Positions 53,511-63,979 are shown, counted from the first letter of the stretch. The stretch is DNA of 64,000 nt from an uncultured Chromatiaceae bacterium (GCA_945787735.1 CALZIQ010000004.1:2075-66074); one strand, 5' to 3'. Numbers and translations are program-made. The notes: generated by a model from the letters alone, not told the origin.

Positions 53511-54941
53511 ATGGACATCTCACAATTGATCAAGCTTAGCGATTACAGCTGGGAGATTCCCACCCAAGGCGAGATGCGTGCGCCTGCAATTATCTTTGCC
53601 GATCAGCAGCTGATTGAGGCCATGGATGAGAAGGTCTATCAGCAGGCCACGAATGTGGCGACCCTGCCGGGCATTGTGCAGGCCTCTTATGCCATGCCGG
53701 ATGCCCATTGGGGCTATGGCTTTCCGATCGGTGGAGTGGCGGCCTTTGATCCGGATGAAGGTGGGGTGGTCTCGGCCGGGGGAGTCGGTTTTGATATCTC
53801 CTGCGGGGTGAGCACCCTGCTGACTGGTTTGAGAAAGCAGGACGTGATGGGCGAGCAGAAGGCCTTGGCCGACATGCTGTTCTATCAGATTCCGGCAGGG
53901 GTCGGCAGCACCGGCACTGTTCATCTCAACGATCAACAAATGGACAAGATGCTCAAGGGCGGTGCCCAGTGGGCGGTGCAGCAGGGTTTTGGCATTGAGG
54001 CCGACCTGGAACGGATTGAGGAGCATGGCTGCATGGCTGGCGCCGAGCCAAGTCAGGTATCTGCCCATGCCAAGCGACGCCAGCGCGATGAAATGGGTAC
54101 CCTTGGGTCGGGCAATCACTATCTTGAGGTGCAGTATGTCAGCCGGGTGTTTGATGAAAAAATCGCCGAGTTTTATCAGCTGCAAGCGGGCGATGTGGTG
54201 GTCAGCATCCACTGCGGTTCGCGTGGTCTGGGCCATCAGATCGGTACCGAGTTTTTGAAGAGTATGGTTATCGAGGCGAGTCATCACGGCATCAAACTGC
54301 CGGACCGGGAGTTGGCTTGTGCGCCGATCAATTCGGCAACCGGCCAGGCCTATCTTGGTGCCATGCGTGCCGGTATCAATTGTGCGTTGGCGAACAGGCA
54401 GATTCTGACCCACCTGACGCGTAAGGTGTTTGCCGAGATACTGCCGCAGGCCGACCTGCGTCTACTCTATGATGTATCACACAATACCTGCAAGCTGGAG
54501 ACGCACGTGATCAATGGTCGCAAACGTAAACTATTTGTGCATCGTAAGGGCGCGACACGAGCCTTTGGACCAGGCAACTCTGCTATTCCGGAATCGTTGC
54601 GTCCGGTGGGACAACCGGTGATCATCGGTGGCTCGATGGGCACGTCTTCCTACATCCTCGCGGGTACCACCGAGAGCGAACAACTGGCCTTCAGTTCGGC
54701 ATGTCATGGCGCTGGCCGGGCCATGAGTCGTCACGCTGCAAAAAAACGCTGGTTTGGCCGTAGAGTTATGGATGACTTGGCCGAGCGCGGCATCCTTATT
54801 CGTAGCCCCAGTCTTCGTGGTGTGGCGGAAGAGGCGCCAGGGGCATACAAAGATGTCTCGGCGGTTGTCGATGTCGCTGACCTCAGCGGCTTGGCGAAAA
54901 AGGTGGCGAGATTGGAACCGTTGGTGTGTGTGAAAGGATAA
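53511..54941 (+). CDS. rtcB: RNA 3'-phosphate/2',3'-cyclic-phosphate ligase RtcB
   Basis: 476 aa from the ATG at 53511, after 'aggaga'. Contains 'MPDAHWGYGFPIGGV', 'GSGNHYLEVQ', 'HCGSRGLGHQ' and 'SACHGAGR'. The track start at 53454 reads through the repeat. Confidence 0.9.
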   Translation: MDISQLIKLSDYSWEIPTQGEMRAPAIIFADQQLIEAMDEKVYQQATNVATLPGIVQASYAMPDAHWGYGFPIGGVAAFDPDEGGVVSAGGVGFDISCGVSTLLTGLRKQDVMGEQKALADMLFYQIPAGVGSTGTVHLNDQQMDKMLKGGAQWAVQQGFGIEADLERIEEHGCMAGAEPSQVSAHAKRRQRDEMGTLGSGNHYLEVQYVSRVFDEKIAEFYQLQAGDVVVSIHCGSRGLGHQIGTEFLKSMVIEASHHGIKLPDRELACAPINSATGQAYLGAMRAGINCALANRQILTHLTRKVFAEILPQADLRLLYDVSHNTCKLETHVINGRKRKLFVHRKGATRAFGPGNSAIPESLRPVGQPVIIGGSMGTSSYILAGTTESEQLAFSSACHGAGRAMSRHAAKKRWFGRRVMDDLAERGILIRSPSLRGVAEEAPGAYKDVSAVVDVADLSGLAKKVARLEPLVCVKG

Positions 54942-54942
54942 G

Positions 54943-55875
54943 TTGATCAACGTATCCCATTTTAAGCATCAATGTGTGCGTGACCTGGCTTGGGTAATGG
55001 CCAGCCCTTCCTTACTGGCGCAGAGTCAAACACCGTATGTTGGTGAAAAGGTATCTGATGAATGGTGTGGGAATATATATCAACAAAACCTCGATTGGTT
55101 GTCTCAGCTGGATAATGATCCCACCCCATTGCTGCAATGGCTTGAGCAAAAAGAATCGCCCTTGCTTGGCCTCTATTTTGAATCGCTGTTGGCCTTTTGG
55201 ATAAAACATCTGCCCGATACAGAACTTTTGGCACAGAACCTGGTGGTGGGTCAGCCCGGTTTACAGATGGGTGAGTTTGATTTGCTGTTTAAAGATTGCA
55301 CCTGCGATCAAATTATCCACTGGGAGATGGCGGTGAAGTTTTATCTGCGCTATGGAGCGACAGACTATCAATGGCTGGGCCCAAATCCGCGCGACAGTCT
55401 GCAGCGTAAACTGAACAAGGTATTTAACCAGCAGTTGCGGCTGTCAGAACATGCACAAGCACAGCAGCTTTTGCAGGCTCAATTCGGCCAGAATCAAGTT
55501 GTTTCACAGGCCTTTATCAAGGGCTATCTCTTTTATCCCTATGCGGGGGATTGGCAAACAAGCAAAGATATCCCTGCCGCTGTTTCACCACAGCATCTGA
55601 GAGGTTGGTGGTGTCGGCATGATGCATTGGCGGCGCGGCTGAACCAGAAGGATAGTGCAAGGTGTTGGCTGTTGCCGCCCCGGCTAGAGTGGCTGGCACC
55701 TGTTGTTGTGATGGGTAATCAGGAGTTAATGGATGATGATGCGCTGCTGAAACACCTGGTTACATATTTTGCTGAACATTATCAGGCACTAATGCTGGTG
55801 GAGCTTAAGAATGTTGCCGGCATGTGGCAGGAAATATCCAGAGGTTTCGTGGTGAATCAGCAATGGCCGCACTGA
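54943..55875 (+). CDS. DUF1853-family protein (predicted PD-(D/E)xK nuclease fold)
   Basis: 310-aa ORF starting at a TTG 1 nt after the rtcB stop. Contains 'VRDLAWVMASPSLL' and 'GEFDLLFKD...HWEMAVKFYL' (a D...E-x-K arrangement). Confidence 0.55.
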   Translation: MINVSHFKHQCVRDLAWVMASPSLLAQSQTPYVGEKVSDEWCGNIYQQNLDWLSQLDNDPTPLLQWLEQKESPLLGLYFESLLAFWIKHLPDTELLAQNLVVGQPGLQMGEFDLLFKDCTCDQIIHWEMAVKFYLRYGATDYQWLGPNPRDSLQRKLNKVFNQQLRLSEHAQAQQLLQAQFGQNQVVSQAFIKGYLFYPYAGDWQTSKDIPAAVSPQHLRGWWCRHDALAARLNQKDSARCWLLPPRLEWLAPVVVMGNQELMDDDALLKHLVTYFAEHYQALMLVELKNVAGMWQEISRGFVVNQQWPH

Positions 55876-55992
55876 ATTCAGTCTTTGCTTATCTTCTTTC
55901 TTCGGCTTGAACAACGGTGCTCATAGACTAAGATTGGTGAGGCGTTGGTTTCAATATAAATATTGTTCTAATTTTGCAAATGGGGGCATTTG

Positions 55993-57123
55993 ATGAGGGT
56001 GATTCAAGGACAGGGTTCTGGGCTTAGCGAAGTTGATCAGGAGGACTATTCTGTTCTGATCATCGATGATGACCCAAATATCCGTCACTTTATCAGGGTG
56101 GTGCTCACAGATTCTGGTTATCAAGCTGATTGTGCGGTGAACGGTGTTCAGGCCATGACGATGCTTGCCAACAATTCACCTGATCTGATCTGTCTTGACC
56201 TCTACCTGCCAGACATTTCTGGTCTCGATCTCTTGCGACAGATTCGTGCTGATGCTGCTTTTAAGGACATTCCGATTGTCGTAATTACAGTGAGTAATGA
56301 TCGGGATACCAAACTTGAATGCTTGAAGAGTGGCGCGAATGAATTCCTCCATAAACCATTGGATTATGCTGAGTTGAGTACACGTGTCTCGAATCTGCTG
56401 CGGGTGAAGCGATATGGCGATTTGTTAAAACAATATAACGCCACACTCGAAGCGCAGGTAAGATCTAAGACTGTGCAAGTTAGAAGGCACTGTATTGATA
56501 CCGTGATGACGCTGACGCGTGCCGCCGAGTTTCGTGATGAGGATACGGGTTGCCATGTTGCTCGCATCAGTCACTATTCCAAAGAGCTGGCGCAGGCCTT
56601 GGGTATGAATGCTGATTATAGCGAGAATATATTTTATGCCAGTCCAATGCATGATATTGGCAAATTGGCGATTCCAGATCATATCCTGCTCAAGCGTGGC
56701 ACGCTTTCAAAGGACGAATGGGTGGTGATGAGGACTCATACATCGATCGGCAAAGGAATATTGCACGGCCATGGCAGTCCTTACTTAGAAATGGGTGCTG
56801 AGATTGCCGAAAGTCACCATGAGTACTGGGATGGTTCAGGTTACCCTCATGGCTTGAAGGCGGAGGCAATCCCCTTGTCTGCAAGAATTGTAACCTTGTG
56901 TGATGTGTATGATGCGCTTCGCAGTAGACGTCCGTATAAGACTTTTTATACTCATGAAGAGGCTATGAATATGATCAGGTTAGGGGATACGCGCACTCGG
57001 CCAGGACACTTTGACCCGGATGTATTTAATACCTTTCTGGAAATCAATGACCGCTTTGCCGAAATCTATGACGAGTCCTTTCGTGAAGCGGATTTTGAGT
57101 TGGGTTATTCAAAGCTACACTGA
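55993..57123 (+). CDS. Response regulator with HD-GYP c-di-GMP phosphodiesterase domain (RpfG family)
   Basis: Receiver 'VLIIDDDPNIR...DLICLDLYLPDISG...HKPL', HD motif 'MHDIGKLAIPD' and GYP motif 'HHEYWDGSGYPHGL'. Confidence 0.85.
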   Translation: MRVIQGQGSGLSEVDQEDYSVLIIDDDPNIRHFIRVVLTDSGYQADCAVNGVQAMTMLANNSPDLICLDLYLPDISGLDLLRQIRADAAFKDIPIVVITVSNDRDTKLECLKSGANEFLHKPLDYAELSTRVSNLLRVKRYGDLLKQYNATLEAQVRSKTVQVRRHCIDTVMTLTRAAEFRDEDTGCHVARISHYSKELAQALGMNADYSENIFYASPMHDIGKLAIPDHILLKRGTLSKDEWVVMRTHTSIGKGILHGHGSPYLEMGAEIAESHHEYWDGSGYPHGLKAEAIPLSARIVTLCDVYDALRSRRPYKTFYTHEEAMNMIRLGDTRTRPGHFDPDVFNTFLEINDRFAEIYDESFREADFELGYSKLH

Positions 57124-57137
57124 GTTTAGCAGTCGCA

Positions 57138-58565
57138 TCAGACAAGCGTTGCGTTGAGTTCTTTGGCGTAATTTTCCAGGGTGTTTAGCAGCTCTTGGTC
57201 TTGATCCTTGCGCTCAGGCGCTTGTCGTAGTTCTGCAATTTCTGCCAAATAGCTATTCAGATCGATGCGTGATTTTCGGAATGTCTGCCAACGTTGTTTC
57301 TCTTCTTCGGTTAGCGTCTCAGGCCAATTGCGGGCGCGCATGCGAAACAGCATCTCACTCAGACGGTTGTCGTTAAAGACTGGGCTATAGCCGGCCAGTT
57401 CTTCAGGCGGTAGGGTGTGAATATGGCGCATGCGTTCTTTGTCATCGTCATTAAAAAAAGGACCGCCGTAAAGCATTAGATCAGGGTCGGTACGTTTTTC
57501 AAACGCGGTTTCTGAGAAGACTTTCTGGATTTTTTTCGCCAGGCCCGGCTGGCTTTTTATGGTGTCGAGATTAGTGCGGCACACATTCATGTCGATGTTG
57601 TATTTCTTTGCCGCCTTCGCGTCCAGAGTCATGAAGGGGGCGATGATGGGGCACTTATTGACGTGTACTGTTTTTAGTGGAATACGGTCTACCCCTTCAG
57701 GCATTTCATCATTGGGGGTGAAAATGCGTTCGTGAATTTTGGCCGGGCTGAGAGCAATCAGATCTTTTGGATCGATGCTGAGGTCATAGACAATAATGCC
57801 ATTCTTGTTGATAGGGTGCTGTGCCACCGGCACCACTACCGCCATGTTGCCTTTCTCAGCCGGGTACATGCCTGAGATGTGTAGTACCGGTTTTTGTTCA
57901 CGTAGATTAAGCAGTTTGAACAGCTTGTTCTTGCTGCGATTGTCAAAAGCAAAGTCAAACAGCTTAGGTTGTTTCTCTTTGATTAATTTGGCTACTGCGA
58001 TGGTGGCGTAAACATCTGACAAGGCATCATGTGCCGACTCATGGGCAATGCCGTTGGCCACGGTGAGATCTTCGAGGCGCACGCTTGGGCGGCCTTCGTC
58101 GTTGATTGGCCACTCGATGCCTTCCGGACGTAGGGTGCGGGTCATGCGTACTACGTCGAGCAGGTCCCAGCGTGAACAGCCGTTTTGCCACTCACGCGCA
58201 TAGGCGTCAAACAGGTTGCGATATAAAACATGACGGGTGAACTCATCATCAAAGCGCAGGTTGTTATAACCCAGTACGCAGGTATTGGGCTGTGAGAATT
58301 CGCTATTGATGCGTTGAATGAACTCTGCTTCAGGCACGCCATCGGCCAGGGCTTTTTGCGGAGTGATGCCGGTAATCAGACACGAAGTGGGATTGGGCAG
58401 GAAATCATCGGCCGGTTTGCAATACATCATCAAAGGTTCACCGATGATGTTTAGCTCCGTGTCAGTGCGTACACCTGCAAATTGAGACAGGCGGTCGGTC
58501 ATTGGGTTAAGGCCAAAGGCCTCATAGTCGTACCAGTAAAAGCTTTGAGTGCCCGTCTTATTCAT
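57138..58565 (-). CDS. sbcB: Exodeoxyribonuclease I
   Basis: 475 aa from the ATG at 58565, containing 'FYWYDYEAFGLNP' and 'HDALSDVYATIA'. The track start at 58673 is an extension. Confidence 0.9.
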   Translation of the reverse strand: MNKTGTQSFYWYDYEAFGLNPMTDRLSQFAGVRTDTELNIIGEPLMMYCKPADDFLPNPTSCLITGITPQKALADGVPEAEFIQRINSEFSQPNTCVLGYNNLRFDDEFTRHVLYRNLFDAYAREWQNGCSRWDLLDVVRMTRTLRPEGIEWPINDEGRPSVRLEDLTVANGIAHESAHDALSDVYATIAVAKLIKEKQPKLFDFAFDNRSKNKLFKLLNLREQKPVLHISGMYPAEKGNMAVVVPVAQHPINKNGIIVYDLSIDPKDLIALSPAKIHERIFTPNDEMPEGVDRIPLKTVHVNKCPIIAPFMTLDAKAAKKYNIDMNVCRTNLDTIKSQPGLAKKIQKVFSETAFEKRTDPDLMLYGGPFFNDDDKERMRHIHTLPPEELAGYSPVFNDNRLSEMLFRMRARNWPETLTEEEKQRWQTFRKSRIDLNSYLAEIAELRQAPERKDQDQELLNTLENYAKELNATLV

Positions 58566-58760
58566 GCGGTTTTTTTTAATTCTTGTGAATTGAAAACGCA
58601 ATTTAGCATAGATGGTTGATTTGCTGTGAAATTGATCGGTAATCCCAGTATTTCTGTGTGCTGCGATGGTCATATATTGTAAAACCTTGTTCTGAGTTGT
58701 TTTTTTGTTGATGGCACTGGCTTATCCTTTGTTAAAAGCACCTAGCAAAGGGGGTTTGAT

Positions 58761-59426
58761 ATGGAAACCGTAGAAATTATTGCCTTGAGTATGGGGGTGG
58801 CCTGGGCCAGTGGCCTTAACCTATATGCCGCAATTTTTGTATTGGGTTGGCTCGGTATGACAGGCAACATTGTTTTGCCCGAGCAGTTGCAGGTCTGTAG
58901 CGATCCTATGGTGATGGGTGTTGCCGGCTTTATGTATTTTGTTGAATTTTTTGCCGATAAGACACCTGGCGTTGATACCGGCTGGGACGTGATTCATAGC
59001 TTTATTCGTATTCCCGCGGGCGCTATTTTGGCAGCAGGGGCAGTGGGTGAGCTGGGTCAGGGAGCAGAGCTAGCGGCCCTGTTGTTGGGGGGCACACTGA
59101 CTGCGGCAACACATGCAACAAAGGCGGGGAGTCGTGTGTTGATCAACACCTCGCCAGAGCCGATAACCAACTGGACCGCGTCCTTGGGTGAGGATATCGC
59201 TGTGATCGCCGGTTTATGGACGGCGCTAAATTCGCCCGTCATATTTTTGGTGTTTATGGTGCTTGTTATCGTGCTAATGGCTTGGTTGCTGCCGAAGATA
59301 TGGCGGGGCATTAAGGTTTTGTTTGGCAAAATTGCTGGTTTATTTACACGTAACAATGATCAAGATCAGGTTGAGTTACAGCAATCAGCATTGCCTGACC
59401 CTGGCGCTGACCGCAATAAGAAATAG
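58761..59426 (+). CDS. DUF4126-family membrane protein
   Basis: 221-aa ORF containing 'WASGLNLYAAIFVLG' and 'FVEFFADKTPGVDTGWD'. Confidence 0.55.
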   Translation: METVEIIALSMGVAWASGLNLYAAIFVLGWLGMTGNIVLPEQLQVCSDPMVMGVAGFMYFVEFFADKTPGVDTGWDVIHSFIRIPAGAILAAGAVGELGQGAELAALLLGGTLTAATHATKAGSRVLINTSPEPITNWTASLGEDIAVIAGLWTALNSPVIFLVFMVLVIVLMAWLLPKIWRGIKVLFGKIAGLFTRNNDQDQVELQQSALPDPGADRNKK

Positions 59427-59795
59427 TGGTGAAATAAACCGCCTTCGAGTTACCGCTGCTGCGCTAATCACAGCTATAAAGTGGCTCACCTGGAAATCGC
59501 TTTTTTGATCCACCTATAGGTTCAGATCAAGTATCTCTGTTAATGCCTGTCTCTCGAGCAAGTTCGCCTGCATCATCCTTGTAGTGTTTGAGGGGCGCCC
59601 AGAAATGCGTCTTAGCAGTTGCAATAACAACATTTGATAGAGAGTGGTTTGAGTCGTTGAAGAAACGCAGTATCATAAAATATCTTGGGCCGAACTACTT
59701 ACTATGACAACGTTTTGTTAGCACTTACATCGTAATAATTTGAGTTCGGGCTTCGCTATTTATTTTCTAGTTGTGTGGCAGCAGTGGGTTAATCC

Positions 59796-59820
59796 CGTCT
59801 TTCTTGCGAAAGACGTTTTT
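59796..59820 (+). terminator. Rho-independent terminator-like hairpin 16 nt upstream of the macro-domain gene start
   Basis: CGTCTTTC ttgc GAAAGACG TTTTT. The macro-gene RBS 'aggaga' follows immediately. Confidence 0.5.
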
Positions 59821-59835
59821 AATCAGGAGAACGTT

Positions 59836-60327
59836 ATGATTAAGCTTATCCTTGGCGATATCACCAAACTCAAAGTCGACGCCATCGTCAATGCCGCCAA
59901 TGCTGAATTAGTACCGGGCGGCGGCGTGGATGGTGCTATCCGCCGAGCAGCCGGCCATGAGTTGAGCGAAGCTTGTGAGAGATTGGGTGGTTGCCCGACT
60001 GGTGAGGCCCGCTTGACGCTTGGATTTCACTTGCCAGCGAGGTACGTGATTCATACTGCCGGCCCTGTCTGGCAGGGGGGTGATCAAGGCGAGGCCGAGT
60101 TGCTGCGTCAGTGTTATCGCTCATGTTTCAAGCAGGCGATGGAAAAAGATATTGAAACCATAGCCTTTCCCTGTATCAGCACTGGCGTGTACGGGTTTCC
60201 GAAGCAAAAGGCTGCCGCTATTGCCATAAAAGAGATGCATTTTTTCGAAAACAGATTTAGTGAGATCATCGCCTGTTGCCATTCAGAAGAAGACCGGCGC
60301 ATATATTTGCAGGTGCTTGGCAAATAG
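59836..60327 (+). CDS. ymdB: Macro-domain protein (YmdB-like O-acetyl-ADP-ribose deacetylase)
   Basis: 163 aa from the ATG at 59836, containing 'LILGDITKLKVDAIVNAAN', 'GGGVDGAI' and 'IAFPCISTGVYGFP'. Confidence 0.85.
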   Translation: MIKLILGDITKLKVDAIVNAANAELVPGGGVDGAIRRAAGHELSEACERLGGCPTGEARLTLGFHLPARYVIHTAGPVWQGGDQGEAELLRQCYRSCFKQAMEKDIETIAFPCISTGVYGFPKQKAAAIAIKEMHFFENRFSEIIACCHSEEDRRIYLQVLGK

Positions 60328-60475
60328 CAGGCTATAGCTTGAGCTCATCAGCACAGCGGGGTCTAGCTAAAAAAGTAGGTGAAAAGCGAAGTTACACTGC
60401 GTAAGCGTGGGGCTTGAGCTGATTTATAAACGAAGTTGCAAGTGCAATGGTTTTTTCAACAGCCTGCTGGGTTAA

Positions 60476-60850
60476 TTATTGCGTAAGGCTCAGGTTTTCA
60501 GTAGTGGGGATGCGCAGTATAATCGCCGCCGGAATCAGTAGTAATAGTGCAACAAGGGCCTGAGTCGCGCCCGATTCAATCACTATCATGGAAATAGCCC
60601 CCGAACAGCAGAGAGTGGTCATGGCGATTATTTTGGCTCGTTTGGGCATGGAGCGGCTAACCTGCCACTGCTGGATCATAGGGCCAAAGATCCGGCTGGC
60701 CAGCAACCATTGATAGAAACGATCAGAGGATTTGGCAAAGCAGGCAGCCGCCATCAAGACAAAACAGGTGGTGGGCATGACCGGCAGAATGACGCCGAGG
60801 ACGGCCAGCGCCAAAAAGAAGAAGCCGAGAATTGTTAGAAAAGGTTTCAT
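60476..60850 (-). CDS. YbaN/DUF454-family inner-membrane protein, copy 1
   Basis: 124-aa ORF containing 'LGVILPVMPTTCFVLMAAACFAKSSDRFYQWL'. Confidence 0.7.
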   Translation of the reverse strand: MKPFLTILGFFFLALAVLGVILPVMPTTCFVLMAAACFAKSSDRFYQWLLASRIFGPMIQQWQVSRSMPKRAKIIAMTTLCCSGAISMIVIESGATQALVALLLLIPAAIILRIPTTENLSLTQ

Positions 60851-60970
60851 TTGCTCTGCGTTTCACCCGGTTTCAGAAAGCTGATTTCTTAACAGCCCGA
60901 TAAATATATATCGGTCGGTTTTGGCTGGGCTGTAGCCGAAATGAGTCGTCAGCCTGGGCGAAACAAGCGC

Positions 60971-61363
60971 TTAGTTCGGATGTTTTTGTGTGTCGGCTGG
61001 GATCAGGTCTTCACTGTTTGGCAAGCGCAGAATAATGAAAATTGGTATCAGCAGGATCGAGGCGACCAGCAGTTTAATCAGCAGCTGACTGATCAGATAG
61101 ATGGAAATGGCGCCGCTGGCGACAATGGTGGTCAACGCCATCAGCTTGGCGCGTTTGGGCATGGAGCGGTTGGTTTGCCAGTTGTGCAGAATGGGGCCGA
61201 AGTGGCGGTTGCTTTTCAGCCAGCGATGAAAGCTCGGTGATGACTTGGCGAAACAGGCCGCGGCCAGCAACACAAATGGGGTTGTGGGTAGTACAGGCAG
61301 AAAAATCCCGGCACAGGCGAGTGCGATAAAACAGCAGCCGAGCAGAGTGAGCAGTGCTTTCAT
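60971..61363 (-). CDS. YbaN/DUF454-family inner-membrane protein, copy 2
   Basis: 130-aa ORF containing 'AGIFLPVLPTTPFVLLAAACFAKSSPSFHRWL'. It is collinear with copy 1. Confidence 0.7.
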   Translation of the reverse strand: MKALLTLLGCCFIALACAGIFLPVLPTTPFVLLAAACFAKSSPSFHRWLKSNRHFGPILHNWQTNRSMPKRAKLMALTTIVASGAISIYLISQLLIKLLVASILLIPIFIILRLPNSEDLIPADTQKHPN

Positions 61364-61404
61364 GTTGCCTATTGTACTCCTGGGCAGCGAGATGAAACAG
61401 CGGC

Positions 61405-62790
61405 TTACTGAGGCGGCAGTTTTTTGCCGGGATTCAGAATGTTGTTGGGATCGAACTGGCGCTTGATGCGTTGCATTAAGTCCAGGGTGACAGCATCGAT
61501 CTCGCGGGCGACAAAATCGCGTTTTTCAAGCCCCACGCCATGTTCACCCGAAATGGTGCCGTTCAGTTTCAGCACTAGGCTGAAGACTTCGTCCAAACAC
61601 TTCTCGGCGTTCTGCATTTGTTGTGGATCATCCGGGTCGATCAACAGGTTGACGTGGATGTTGCCATTGCCGGCGTGGCCAAAATTGACGATAGTTATGC
61701 CGAATTTCCCCGCCAAATCCTGCAGTCCGCTGATCAGGGTGGGTATTTCAGAAACCGGCACCACCACGTCTTCGTTGATCTTTTTCGGTGCGATGTTGCG
61801 CAGCGCCGGCGACAGTGCCTTGCGCGTCTCCCACAGTGCTTTCACCTCATCCTGGTTTCTGGCGACGGTGACATCGAGCAGTCCATCGTTGCGGGCGGCG
61901 GCGGCGACCTTGTCGGCGGCCTGGTCCAGCCCAGCCTCCAGACCATCCACCTCGATCATCAGCATGGCGCCGGCCCCTTGAGGCAGATTTGCTTTGGAAT
62001 AGCTGCGGATCATCTCGATTGCCAGGCCATCGATAAACTCCAGCGCGCAAGGGGTAACCGGCTGGGCCATGATGGCCGAGACCGCCTTGGCAGCACTGTC
62101 GATATCACGATAGATAGCTTGTAGCGTGCGTTTGGCCTCTGGCAGCGGCAGCAGTTTTAGCGTCGCCTCAGTGATCACCGCCAGCGTGCCTTCGGAACCG
62201 ATCAGCAAACGGGTGAGGTCATAACCGACCACGCCTTTGCTGGTGTAAACGCCAGTGCGGATTTCATTGCCCTCGCCAATGATGGCGCGCAGCCCCAGCA
62301 CGTTGTCGCGGGTGGAGCCGTATTTCACCGTGCGTGGTCCGGCCGAGTTGTAAGCCAAATTTCCGCCGACGGTGCAAAATGCAGCGCTGGTGGGATCGGG
62401 CGACCAGAAGAAGCCATGTTCTTTGGCGGCGTCCTGCACCTGCTGGTTGGTAATGCCCGGTTCTACCACCATTATCCGGTTGGCCGGGTCCATCTTGATG
62501 ATGCGTGTCATGCGTTCCAGTGATAACACAATGCCACCGTGGATGGGCACGGTGGCGCCGGTGGTGCCGGTGCCGCGGCCGCGGGCGATGAGCGGGATCT
62601 TCTCTTGGTTGCAGTGTTGGATCAGGCCTTGAATCTGGTCGTGATCAGTGGCCAGCACCACGGCATCGGGTAGGGCCTGGCGGCGGCTATTGTCATAACC
62701 GTAGGGCCAGCAGTCGGAAGGGTCGGTAAGTAAATTCTCCTTGCCGCAGATTTCACGCAGACGGGCAACAATGTTTGGGCTCAGGCTCAC
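61405..62790 (-). CDS. FAD-linked oxidase (GlcD / D-lactate dehydrogenase family)
   Basis: 461-aa ORF with a GTG start overlapping the upstream stop (GTGA). Contains the FAD-binding 'IPLIARGRGTGTTGATVP' and the C-terminal 'GTISGEHGVGLEKR'. Confidence 0.8.
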   Translation of the reverse strand: MSLSPNIVARLREICGKENLLTDPSDCWPYGYDNSRRQALPDAVVLATDHDQIQGLIQHCNQEKIPLIARGRGTGTTGATVPIHGGIVLSLERMTRIIKMDPANRIMVVEPGITNQQVQDAAKEHGFFWSPDPTSAAFCTVGGNLAYNSAGPRTVKYGSTRDNVLGLRAIIGEGNEIRTGVYTSKGVVGYDLTRLLIGSEGTLAVITEATLKLLPLPEAKRTLQAIYRDIDSAAKAVSAIMAQPVTPCALEFIDGLAIEMIRSYSKANLPQGAGAMLMIEVDGLEAGLDQAADKVAAAARNDGLLDVTVARNQDEVKALWETRKALSPALRNIAPKKINEDVVVPVSEIPTLISGLQDLAGKFGITIVNFGHAGNGNIHVNLLIDPDDPQQMQNAEKCLDEVFSLVLKLNGTISGEHGVGLEKRDFVAREIDAVTLDLMQRIKRQFDPNNILNPGKKLPPQ

Positions 62791-63377
62791 TTGTTGACCG
62801 TTTTGTATTCAAATAGTTTGACGATCTGTTTGACACCTTCCACCTGACGCACGGCGTTGGCGGCGATAGTTCCTTCTTCTTCGCTTACCAGTCCCATCAG
62901 GTAGACGATCTGGTTTTCAGTCACGACCTTGAATTGCATGCTGTTGATGTTCTTGGTGCCGAGCAGGACGGATTTTGCCTTGGTGGTGATCCAGGCGTCC
63001 TCGCGGCGTGATTTGAATTCGGACACAGGGGCGACAATGGTTTCGTTATAGATGCGCTTTACTTTGGCGACATGCTGGGCATGGCGCACGACCTTGTCGC
63101 GCATGGCCATGGTCGGTGTTTCGCCGCTCAACAACACTGCACCGTTATAACTGGTGACGTTAACGTGGATGTCCCGCTTAATACTCTCATCGGTATAGAT
63201 CGCTTCCTTAATCTTAAGCACGATGTTGTTGTCATCGACGATGGCTTGGGTATCGCGCCGGTCTACCGCCATGGCGCCCGCGGCAGCGCCACCGGCGACG
63301 AGGGCCGGCGCAGCGCAACCGGAGAGTGTGACGATGCTAATCAATGAAACGATTAGCAGACTGAAAAGTTTACTCAT
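62787..63377 (-). CDS. dolP: Dual-BON-domain lipoprotein (DolP/YraP-like)
   Basis: 196-aa ORF with lipobox 'LSGC' and two BON-like halves. It lies downstream of the diaA-like gene, as in E. coli. Confidence 0.7.
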   Translation of the reverse strand: MSKLFSLLIVSLISIVTLSGCAAPALVAGGAAAGAMAVDRRDTQAIVDDNNIVLKIKEAIYTDESIKRDIHVNVTSYNGAVLLSGETPTMAMRDKVVRHAQHVAKVKRIYNETIVAPVSEFKSRREDAWITTKAKSVLLGTKNINSMQFKVVTENQIVYLMGLVSEEEGTIAANAVRQVEGVKQIVKLFEYKTVNK

Positions 63378-63382
63378 CGTGC

Positions 63383-63979
<597 letters not shown>

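Noticed and set aside
53520-54413. 297-aa antisense ORF inside rtcB.
   Set aside because: It is an Arg/Leu/His-rich shadow frame with no recognisable motifs. The sense frame carries all the RtcB signature motifs.
60327-60468. 8-nt inverted repeat AGCAGGCT/AGCCTGCT and a 9-nt direct repeat GCTTGAGCT in the ymdB/ybaN convergent spacer.
   Set aside because: The repeats are short enough to occur by chance, and no coherent terminator or element structure is evident.
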